Assembly (NCBI GenBank): GCA_963721715.1
Contig: CAVRKI010000001.1
Location: 53,824-117,823 of the forward strand
Origin: an uncultured Acidobacteriota bacterium
GTDB taxonomy: Bacteria; Acidobacteriota; Vicinamibacteria; Vicinamibacterales; UBA2999
Direction: 5' to 3'
Length of the DNA stretch: 64,000 nt
In this document: positions 1-8,535 of the stretch, piece after piece
Layout: each line of letters begins with the position of its first letter
Position numbering within the stretch: the first letter of the stretch is position 1
Notes under the pieces: model-generated
Databases searched by the model: none
The model's input: only the letters and a program-made list of their open reading frames with translations
Told to the model about the DNA's origin: nothing
Translations under genes and position numbers: made by a program

Positions 1-1
1 C

Positions 2-559
2 ACGCCTTACCTGCTCTACCTGGAGTTCGATCACTGGGAAACCCTGCGCTTCGTCCTGCCCGCCGTGGTGCTGCTCGACATCGCGGCCGCCGCCGGTGCA
101 GCAATGGTCGTGCAGCGGTTGCCCCAGCCTTGGATGCGTTCGCTTTCGTTCGTGGGCCTCGCGGCGCTGGCGCTGGTCCACGCGCGGACCTTCCTGGACA
201 AAGAGGGAGTCCCATTGCTGATGGAACAGGAACGCCGCTATGTGCTCACCGCCGAGTGGATAGACCAGCACACGCCCGCCGGCACGCTGGTCTTGGCCAG
301 CCAGCACAGCGGCTCGCTCCGACATTACGCCGGTCGCACCACGCTACGATGGGATGTGATCGCGCCGCAGGATCTCGCTCCGGTCGTGCGCGAAGCCAGT
401 CCTCGAGGTCATGCCGTGTACGCCGCGCTCGACGCGAACGAGACATCGCCGTTCCACTCTCGCTTCGCCGCGACAGCGGCACAGGTGACCCTGCTTCCGG
501 GAGCCCAGGTTCGAGACGTCCAGATCTGGGAACTCGTCCCATCGGAGATCGCGCCATGA
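2..559 (+). CDS. hypothetical protein, C-terminal part (gene starts upstream of window)
   Basis: The frame of ORF 65..559 stays open back to base 2 (TPYLLYLEFDHWETLRFVLP...). Hydrophobic helices are followed by a soluble tail, with strong G/C third-position bias. TGA 557-559 overlaps the next ATG (ATGA). No family recognised. Confidence 0.55.
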   Translation, partial: TPYLLYLEFDHWETLRFVLPAVVLLDIAAAAGAAMVVQRLPQPWMRSLSFVGLAALALVHARTFLDKEGVPLLMEQERRYVLTAEWIDQHTPAGTLVLASQHSGSLRHYAGRTTLRWDVIAPQDLAPVVREASPRGHAVYAALDANETSPFHSRFAATAAQVTLLPGAQVRDVQIWELVPSEIAP

Positions 560-1494
560 TCATCGTCCTGGCTGGCGGATCCGGCTTCCTCGGCCGCGCG
601 CTCCACTCCCACTTTTCGGCAGGCGGACATACCGTCCGCACCTTGACGCGCCGTCCCCGCCCCGGCGTGGTCAACGAGGTCGCCTGGCAACCGGACGGCT
701 CGCTCGGCCCCTGGGCCAGCGCCCTGGACGATGCCGACGTCGTGGTGAACCTGGCGGGTGAAGGCATTGCCGACAAGCGATGGAACGAGGCGCGGAAGCA
801 ATCACTCCGCACCAGCCGCGTCCTTCCCGGCCGCAGCCTCGCCGCCGCCCTCGCCGCCGCACCTGTCAGGCCGCGCACCCTGATCACCAGCTGCGCCATC
901 GGCTACTACGGCGCGCGTGGCGACGAGCGGATCACCGAGGAGACGCCGCCCGCCAACGACTTCCTCGCCGCGCTGTGCGTCGATTGGGAGCGCGAAGCCA
1001 CTGCGGCGGCCTCGTCAACCACGCACGTGGCCGTCGTCCGGACGGGAATCGTGCTGCACCCCGATGGCGGTGCGCTGAAATCAATGCTGACGCCGTTCCG
1101 CTTGGGCATCGGCGGCCCGATGGGCACCGGCCGCCAATACATGTCGTGGATTCACCTGGAGGACTGGGTGTCGCTCATCGGATGGCTGGCCACGGGACCC
1201 AACGCAACCAACAACGCAGCAGGCCTCGACTCCGCGCGATCGACGACCAGCGTCTGGAACGGCACCGCGCCGACACCGGTGACCAACGCGGAGTTCAGCC
1301 GCACGCTTGGCGCCGTGCTGAACCGGCCCGCCGTGCTGCCGGCGCCGGCATTCGGCCTCAAACTGCTGCTGGGCGAGTTCGCGAATTTCCTGCTGACGGG
1401 CGCCCGCGTGCTCCCCGCGGCCGCCGAACGCGAGGGGTTCCGCTTCCGCTTCAAGACACTCGAACCAGCCCTCCGCTCGCTGCTCCAGGGTTAG
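556..1494 (+). CDS. TIGR01777/SDR39U1-type NAD-dependent epimerase family protein (YfcH-like)
   Basis: ATG 556 inside ORF 130..1494 gives MIIVLAGGSGFLGRAL (Rossmann GxxGxxG). YMSWIHLEDWV and a DUF1731-like C-terminal tail follow. Length is about 312 aa. Confidence 0.88.
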   Translation: MIIVLAGGSGFLGRALHSHFSAGGHTVRTLTRRPRPGVVNEVAWQPDGSLGPWASALDDADVVVNLAGEGIADKRWNEARKQSLRTSRVLPGRSLAAALAAAPVRPRTLITSCAIGYYGARGDERITEETPPANDFLAALCVDWEREATAAASSTTHVAVVRTGIVLHPDGGALKSMLTPFRLGIGGPMGTGRQYMSWIHLEDWVSLIGWLATGPNATNNAAGLDSARSTTSVWNGTAPTPVTNAEFSRTLGAVLNRPAVLPAPAFGLKLLLGEFANFLLTGARVLPAAAEREGFRFRFKTLEPALRSLLQG

Positions 1495-1530
1495 CGGCCG
1501 GTTCGGGAATCCGACTACGATAACGGCCGG

Positions 1531-2077
1531 ATGCCCGATGGGCGGAACTTCCTGATGCTGTCGGGCGAGCAGTTCGACGTGGTCGCGGCCGACATCATCC
1601 AACCCGTGCACGCCGGCGCGGGCAATCTCTATTCGCGGGAGTACTTCCAGCTGGTGAGGGAAGCCCTTCGCCCGGGCGGGCTGGCGCTGCCATGGATCGG
1701 GCACCGGGAAAAGTCGCACGACATCCTGATCATGCGCACGTTCCTCGACGTCTTCCCGCACGCCACCCTGTGGCTCGACGGCCAGCTGATGGTCGGCAGC
1801 CTCGAGCCCCTGGCGCTCGACGAAGCCGTGTTCCGGGCGAAACTCGCCGAGCCTTCCACGCGTGCGGCGCTGGCTGAAGTCGGACTGGATTCCTACGAGG
1901 CGCTGCGAGGCTGGTATACGGGCGGACCGGCGCAGATGGCGTCATTTGTCGGGCCGGGCGCGCTCCTGACCGATGACCTGCCGCTGGTGGAGTATCACCG
2001 TTCGCTGCCGCCCGAGACCGAGCCTCTGGCACGTGTCGCCGCTGCGAGGCAACGTCGCCGACATCGAACCACGGTAG
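1531..2077 (+). pseudogene. spermidine-synthase-like methyltransferase, 5'-truncated remnant
   Basis: ORF 1531..2253 starts mid-domain (DGRNFL..FDVVAADIIQPVHAGAGNLYSREYFQLVREALRPGG..DDLPLVEYH) and lacks the SAM-binding half. After about 2025 the G/C3 bias moves to the +1 frame, which stops at TAG 2075-2077. The listed tail to 2253 overlaps the convergent SYLF gene. Confidence 0.5.
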
Positions 2078-2113
2078 ACCGGCAGCCGGCAGCGGCACTC
2101 GACCGTAGCCTTC

Positions 2114-2791
2114 TCAGGGTGTCGAGTACTTCGCGAGCGCGGCCTTCCACTCACCCGCCGGGGCGGGCTCGCCGCCCAGCCCGTCGAACACGATCTGGCC
2201 GGTGCGATACCCCATCCCATAGAAACGGTCGTTCGCATCGCGATCCTGGTTGATCGTCGTGCCATTGATCGTCGCGCCGGCGAACAACCCGCGGGTGCGC
2301 GAGTAGCTGAGGATCTGCGCCCGCATCTGGATATCGGTGGACGCGCTCGCGTCACGACCCACCGGCCCCGCCGCCACCGATGCGTCAGCGCCGATCTTGA
2401 ACTGGTTGCTCACGAGTTGCTCGAGCCCGCGGCGGTTCTGGATCACCAGGATCAGATCCACCGCCTGACCACCAATCTGGGCGCCGAGGCTGCCGCCGGT
2501 GATGGTGAGGAACGCCGGTGACGACCACGCTCCGGTCTTCGGGTCGCGCGCGCTCAATATGCCACGGCCGCGCTGGCCGCCGACGATGAAACCGCCCTTG
2601 AGCAGCGAGGGGAAGACCGCGATGCCCTGGGCCTTCTGCAGGATGGAGCTCGGCACGGACTGATCGCCGGCGCCCATGATCTCGTGGAGGATGGTCACCG
2701 CTTCCGAAATGCGGCGGGCCTCGTCGGTTTGCGCCACCGGAACGGTCGAAGCCGTGGCGCACATCAGCAGGATGGGGACGACAAGTCTCAT
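2114..2791 (-). CDS. lipid-binding SYLF (Ysc84-like) domain protein, secreted
   Basis: ATG 2791 inside ORF 2114..2920 gives the signal peptide MRLVVPILLMCATASTVPVAQT. SYLF pattern: GIAVFPSLLKGGFIVGGQRGRGIL..GGSLGAQIGGQAVDLILV. Confidence 0.85.
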   Translation of the reverse strand: MRLVVPILLMCATASTVPVAQTDEARRISEAVTILHEIMGAGDQSVPSSILQKAQGIAVFPSLLKGGFIVGGQRGRGILSARDPKTGAWSSPAFLTITGGSLGAQIGGQAVDLILVIQNRRGLEQLVSNQFKIGADASVAAGPVGRDASASTDIQMRAQILSYSRTRGLFAGATINGTTINQDRDANDRFYGMGYRTGQIVFDGLGGEPAPAGEWKAALAKYSTP

Positions 2792-2812
2792 GAGGACTAA
2801 GGTAGCAGAGTC

Positions 2813-2840
2813 GTCTTGGGTCTTGGGTCTTGGGTCTTGG
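2813..2840. repeat. heptamer tandem array (GTCTTGG)x4, family A
   Basis: Four exact tandem copies lie in the spacer between the SYLF start and the DUF1501 stop. Confidence 0.9.
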
Positions 2841-2900
2841 CGGGCCAACCCGCGGCCGGCGGTTGCCTTCAGACGGTTCCTTCTTCTGCCTTCTGCCTTC

Positions 2901-4161
2901 CTACAGCACCGCCGGTGCACCCGCGCGGAAGTCCGCGCCCAGGATCGACACCGAATTGCCGCCCAGCCAGGTATCGATGATCGGCGCGTAGACGGAGCGG
3001 AAGTCGGTTTCCCACTTCACGTCGCCACCGCTGTTCTCGAGCGTCGGGTTCGCGGGATCTGGACTGAGGTTCGGCGCGGTGCCGTACAACCCGCCGCGCA
3101 CCAGCCCACCCATCAGCATCATCACGCCGCCAGCGCCGTGGTCGGTACCCTGGCTGCCGTTCTCGCTGATGCGCCGCCCGAACTCGGTGTACACCAGCAC
3201 GAGCGTGGAGTTCAGCATGCCCTGGGCCTGGAGGTCGTCGTAGAACGACTTCAGCCCGTCGTTGAGGGTCGCCATCAGGTTGAAGTACGAGCCCCTGATT
3301 CACACCCTGCCCGGCGTGCGTGTCGTAGCCGCCGGTCTGGACCCAGAACACCTTGGTGCCGATCCCCTTGTTCATCGAACCGGCGACCGCCTGCAGCGCC
3401 TGGGCGAAGCCGTTGTTCTGATAGGCCACGGCGGGACGGTACGTGGCCACCGTCGCGACGCGATCGAGCGTGCCGAGCGCGGCCTGCGTCGTGGCATTCA
3501 CGAACGCCAGGTGCGGGCGATCCACGGGCAGGTGCGACGAGATGCGCGCCTGCGCCGTGCGCTCGAAGACGGCTTCGGTCGCGCTGTTGGGGCTGGCAAA
3601 GCTGTAGGCGGCAGGGCTGGTGATCGACGGCACGCCGACCAGCCGCCCCATCAGCGGACGCGGCGTTTCGCGCTGCGTGTTCCACGCGACCAGCGGATCC
3701 ACCGGCTGCGGCAGCGAGTCGAGATAGCGACCGAGCCAGCCGGTGCCCTGCGAGTTGCCGGGATTCGCGGTGCCCCAGATGTCGAAGCCGGTGAAGTGCG
3801 AGCGGCTCTGGTTCTCGTAGCCGGTGCGCTGGATGACGGCGAGGCGGCCGGCGTCGAACACGTTCTTCAGCCCGGTGAGCCGCGGATGCAGCCCGATCTC
3901 CGCGCCGCCGCGGTCGCGCCCGATCTGCAGGACGCTGCCGGCCGGCACCGCAATCGTCGGCCGGCGCGTGTAGTAGTTCGCGTCGCGGTACGGGATCACC
4001 GTGCTCAGCGCGTCGTTGCCGCCGCTCAGGTAGACGACCACCAGGTTGCGTGACGGCACACCCTGCGCGAACGCGATGTCGCACAACACCTGCGGCGCCG
4101 CGAACCCGAACGTGAACGCGGTGACTCCGCCTCGGACGAACGTGCGTCGGGAAAGGTTCAT
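2901..4161 (-). pseudogene. DUF1501 domain protein (Tat signal), one frameshift
   Basis: ORF 2869..4161 opens MNLSRRTFVRGGVTAF and runs to GGYDTHAGQG. The C-terminal third continues in ORF 2901..3275 (SYFNLMATLNDGLKSFYDDLQAQG..TDHGAGG). The frames join at the C4 run 3292-3295 if one extra base is removed. Confidence 0.85.
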
Positions 4162-5616
4162 GACGGTCGCTGACGTCGAACTGATATTCCCCCGCGCCGA
4201 CGATGAGGCGCGCGGCGCCGGCGACCTTGGTGTTCAGCTGCGCATCGCTGCCGGTCCACGAGATGCCGGCCCTCAGATAGTCCAGGACCGCCAAGTAGCC
4301 GTCGCCGGTGAAGCCCGCATTCTGGAACCGCTGCATCAGGAATTCCAGCACCCGCTCCGGCGACTGCCGGTACGGCTGCGCCTCGCGGGCCAGGTTGAAC
4401 TTCTGGTTGGCGGCCAGCGTCGCCGCGAAGTTGATGCGCGACAGCATCGACGCCGTGGAGAACCACTCGGCGGCGAGGGCCCAGCCGTTCACGTCTGGCG
4501 GCTCGTAGAGCTGCTGCCCCATGTTCGTGAGCGGCGTGATCGCGCTGTCCACCGACAGGCCGCGCCACCCCGTCTCCTTGATCGCGCGCACCGTGAACTC
4601 CGCCGGCCACGAGTAGTGGCGGAACACGTTGGCGCCGCTCAGGAACTGTTCCGAGAGCAGCAGGCGCCGCAGCATCGCCTTGATGCTGTAGTTGCTGGAC
4701 AGATAGGCCTGGGCCACCTCGTTGATGAACCCTTCGTCCGGTGCATCGACGTCGTTGACGAAGTATTGATAGAGCTTCGTCGCCAGGCGGCGGGCCGTCG
4801 CGGGATGCCGCGCCAGCGCGTCGATCAAATCCAGCCCGTCCTGCATGCCCTGCGCCGCCGGCCGCGCGGGGATGGTGCGGCCGCCACCCGGATAGATCTC
4901 GAAGGTGAACTCCTTCGCCGTCGGGTCGTGCTGGGCCTGGTTGTAGACGAAACGGTAGTAGCTCGTCACCTCGTTGGCGCGGTCACCCGCCAACTCGAGG
5001 TTCCAGCCGGTGAAGACGCGAGCCGCGGCATAGACATCGGCCTCGGTGTAGTGGCCGATACCCGTCGTGAACAGCTCCATCAGCTCGCGCCCGAAGTTCT
5101 CCTGGGGGCGGGCGCGTACGTTGGTGCGGCCATCGAGCCACACGAGCATCGCCGGGTCCTTCGCCACTTCGACCAGCAAGATCGCGAAAGCTGCCGGTGC
5201 CCAGGTCGCGGAACAGCTGCACCTGACCGCGGAAGGCGCCGCCGACGTTCTGCGCCCGCGCGTCCATCATCTTCGTGCCGTGGACCGCGCCGAAGGTGCC
5301 GGCGACCTTGCTGTAGGCCGTGGCGAAGTGGTTGTGCCAGAAGAGCGCCATCTTCTCCTGCAGCGGACGACGCGTGTGCACCATGCGGAACAGCCAGCGC
5401 TGGCGCGCGTCGCCGATGACCGTGTCGGGAGAGAACTGGCCGCGCGTGGTGACGCCGACGTAGTCGGCCAGGCCAATCTTCGAGTCCACATCGTCGGGCA
5501 CCTGCTCGTAGTTGAGCAGCTGCTGGGCGAGGGACAGCGGGGTGAGGTCCGGCGTAGTAGGCCAGATCCTCGGGACTGGCCCCGAACCCCATGCGGCGAA
5601 GGATGTGCTCCAGCAT
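4158..5616 (-). pseudogene. DUF1800 domain protein, about 3 frame lesions
   Basis: Three pieces: MLEHILRRMGFGASPEDLAYYA (ATG 5616), ORF 4983..5501 (PLQEKMALFWHNHFATAY..GSFRD) and ORF 3275..5179 (LLVEVAKDPAMLVWLDG..GAGEYQF). Extra bases sit at about 5550 and 5180. There is no in-frame stop after EYQF, and the TGA of the ATGA junction (4158-4160) is in another frame. Confidence 0.8.
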
Positions 5617-5687
5617 GCGTGAACCCCAGACGATACTAGCTCGGCCGGAGATTCCGCACCGGTATTTCGAGCGTTGCCCGGAATTTC

Positions 5688-8400
5688 CTACTTCTGGGAA
5701 CCGGCCGCCGCGGGCGCCTGCCCCAGGCTCAGCAGATTGGCCATCAGCCGGAACGCGCCATCCGTGCCGGCCGGCAGCTGCCGCCACAAGCCCAGGCCGA
5801 CGTAGATCCAGCGTCCCTGGCCCACCTTGGTCTCGACCAGCGCGCCCCGCTTGGTGCCCTTGTTGTAGGCAAAGGGCTCGTCGAACTCGAGGAGGTCCTG
5901 CACCTGCGGATCCGCGTTGGCGGTGTCGAAGAAGTACAGCCCGCGCTCCTGCACCCATCCCATCCAGTCGGTCCGGCCGATGGCGTTGGGGGTGTTGAAC
6001 ACCGGGTGCGTCGGCTGCAGCAGGCGCACCTCGGCGTTCTCGTCGGTCACCCGCTCGCGACCCACCTTGCCGGGCACCGGCGCGTACTGCGCGTCGTTGA
6101 ACTCGAACTTGTTGTAGTTGACGATCACGGTGCCGCCGGCCTTCGCATAGTCGAGCAGCCGGCTGTTGTAGGCGCGGAGATCGAGCCGCCGCTCGTAGGC
6201 GCGGACTCCCGTCATCACGACGTCGTACTGTCGACAGGTCACCCCAGGCCAGCTCCTCGGAGCCGATCAGCGTGACCTTCACGCCCAGCTGCTCGAGCGC
6301 GGCCGGCACCTCGTCGCCCACGCCCATCACGTAGCCGACCGACAGGTTCGGCTTCACCGCCACGTCGAGCGCCTTGGCGGTGACCAGCGGTGAGACCAGC
6401 ACGTGGCGGCGGCTCGTGTGCGGGTACTCCACGAGCTGATACCCCTGCGCGAACGTCGCGGTGCCCTGACGCACCAGCGCCTTGATCGGGAAGGTCGATC
6501 CACCCGGCTTGGCCGCGGCCGACACCAGCATCGGCGAGGGCGGCACGTCGATGAGGAACCGGACCGTGATGGCCTCGTCTTCGCGCGAGAAGCTGACCGG
6601 CTGCGTCGCCGGCGTGGCGCGCCAGCCCTGGGGCAGTTCGAGCGTCGCCTCGCCGGTGGCCGCGCCCTTGGCGTGGTTCACCACCGTGACGCGCACGTCC
6701 TTGCGCGTGCCGCGCGCGTTCTGCGGCGTGGCACGAGTGGGAACAATCAGCGTCTCGGGACTGGCGGTGACGGCGAACGCGGGCACCACGTGCACTTCAG
6801 CACGTTTCTCACCGCTGAACAGATTGCCCTCCGACCGCGCCTGCACCGGCACGGTCACCGGGAACTCGACGCCGCCGACCGCCAGCGTGAACGTGGCGGT
6901 GAACGGCGTCGGACGGAACGGCAGGCCGAACGGCACGTCCGGGTCGAGCACGAACCGCGAGGCGTTGGTGGCATAGCGGAAGTGCGCCGCGGTCAGCCGT
7001 GCGTCGGCGGGGATGGTGCCGCCCTTCTCGGTGGCCTGGGCGAAGCCGCTCAGCGCGCGCGACTTCACCTCGACCGGCACCGTGCCGCGCGCCGCCGCAA
7101 TCAGCTGCACGCCCACCTGCTGCCCCGGCGTGACGACGCCATCGTCGGCGATGGCCTCGAGCCTGAGATCGGTGGCGGCGACCAGCGCCTTGATGAACTG
7201 CGATTCCTTCTGCGCCAGGCGGAAGTCGATCTCGAAGCGCGCCTGTTCGTCCAGGCCCATGCCGGCGAGCGCCGCGCGCAGCTCGCGCACGGCGGTGAGG
7301 CCCGCGGTGAGCGGCGGGACCGTGCCGGCGCTGCCACGCGCGCCCAGCTCGCGATGCGCGGTCTGCACGTGCCCGGCGATGGTCGCCAGCGCGGAGGTGA
7401 GCGCGGCGGGCGGCGTGGCGCCGGCGTAGGCGGCCAGCGAGCCGAGGCTGACGTCGACGCCGTCGAACGGATCCTTCTCGGTGCGATCGACGCCGTCAGC
7501 GAGCACCGTGTCGCGCAAGCGGTAGGCGCGGATGCTGCCCGGCCCCATGGTGCCGCCGTCGCCCGGAAGCGGCAGCAGCTGCGACATGCCCTGGCACTTG
7601 TGCATGCTGCGCGCTTCGCCCGACAGCTCGTTGTAGGTGCGTCCGAGCACGCTGTCATACTGCGCGCCGCCTTCGAACATCAGCGGCTTCGCCGCGCCGG
7701 GGCCGTTCAGCTGAATCGTGCGTCCCGCACCGGGACCGCCGGGGCCGCCGAAGCCGGCCGTGTAATAGAACTTCGACGCCTGCCAGGGGCGCAGCCCCTC
7801 GGCGATCTGTTCAGGGAACTGCGCCGGATCCGCCGCGGCGCGGAAGGCCTCGGCCGTGAGCCGCGACGAGGTCTGATGGTGCTGTCCGCCGCCCTCGCCG
7901 TCGAACACGAAGCCGACAATGACCTGCGGCCGGAGGGTGCGGATCATGCGGACGTAGTCGCCGAGGATCTCCTGCTTGCCCCACTTCTCCAGCGTCTCCT
8001 CGACGGAGAACGAGAACCCGAAGTCCACCGCGCGCGTGAAGTACTGTTCCGCGCCGTCGTAGCGATGCGCCGCCAGCAGCTCCTCGGTGCGCAGCACGGC
8101 GAGCGCCTCGAACAGTTCGGGGCCAATCTCGTTCTGCCCGCCTTCACCGCGCGTGGCGGTGACCAGCGTGGCCCGCATGCCCTTGCCGTGCCCGTAGTAG
8201 GCCAGCATCGCGTTGTTCTCGTCGTCGGGGTGCGCGGTGGTCATCATGAACGTGCCCACCGTGTCGAGCTTGCGGAGGGCGAGCTCGAGTGCGGGCACGC
8301 CGCGCAGCGCCGCGACTGGCTGCAACTGATGCTGCGCGGACGGCACGCTACCGATGGTGAGGATGAGAGCAACGGTGAGGGCGAGGGAGGCTGAGCGCAT
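5688..8400 (-). pseudogene. PIG-L/LmbE family deacetylase with C-terminal ThuA/GATase-like domain, one frameshift
   Basis: Signal peptide plus TTAHPDDE (ORF 5080..8400 from 8400). The C-terminal part is in ORF 5688..6242 (YDVVMTGVRAYE..). The junction ..AWGDLS|QYDVVMTG.. is restored by removing one base at about 6233. Confidence 0.8.
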
Positions 8401-8436
8401 GGGTTCTGAGTTCTAAGGTGCGGGGTTCCAAGGTTC
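8401..8436. repeat. degenerate heptamer array (RRGTTCY)x5
   Basis: GGGTTCT GAGTTCT AAGGTGC GGGGTTCC AAGGTTC, immediately upstream of the PIG-L start. Confidence 0.6.
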
Positions 8437-8460
8437 ATGTGCAGAGGGGCCAGGAATCGA

Positions 8461-8481
8461 GTGATCCCTGACCCCTGTTTC
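8461..8481. repeat. heptamer array family B (GTGATCC CTGACCC CTGTTTC)
   Basis: Same unit and same CTGTTTC end as the array at 22801-22842. Confidence 0.65.
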
Positions 8482-8505
8482 GTCGTTCCAGTTCCGGCCC
8501 TTGTA

Positions 8506-8533
8506 GAGCCTGAGGCCCGGAGCCTGGAGCCTG
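8506..8533. repeat. heptamer array (GAGCCTG)x4
   Basis: GAGCCTG AGGCCCG GAGCCTG GAGCCTG, ending 2 nt before the TonB receptor stop codon. Confidence 0.8.
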
Positions 8534-8535
8534 TC

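Noticed and set aside
1495-1530. The tRNA T-arm-like string GGTTCGGGAATCC.
   Set aside because: No acceptor or anticodon stems can be drawn, and the stretch is in frame with the truncated methyltransferase remnant.
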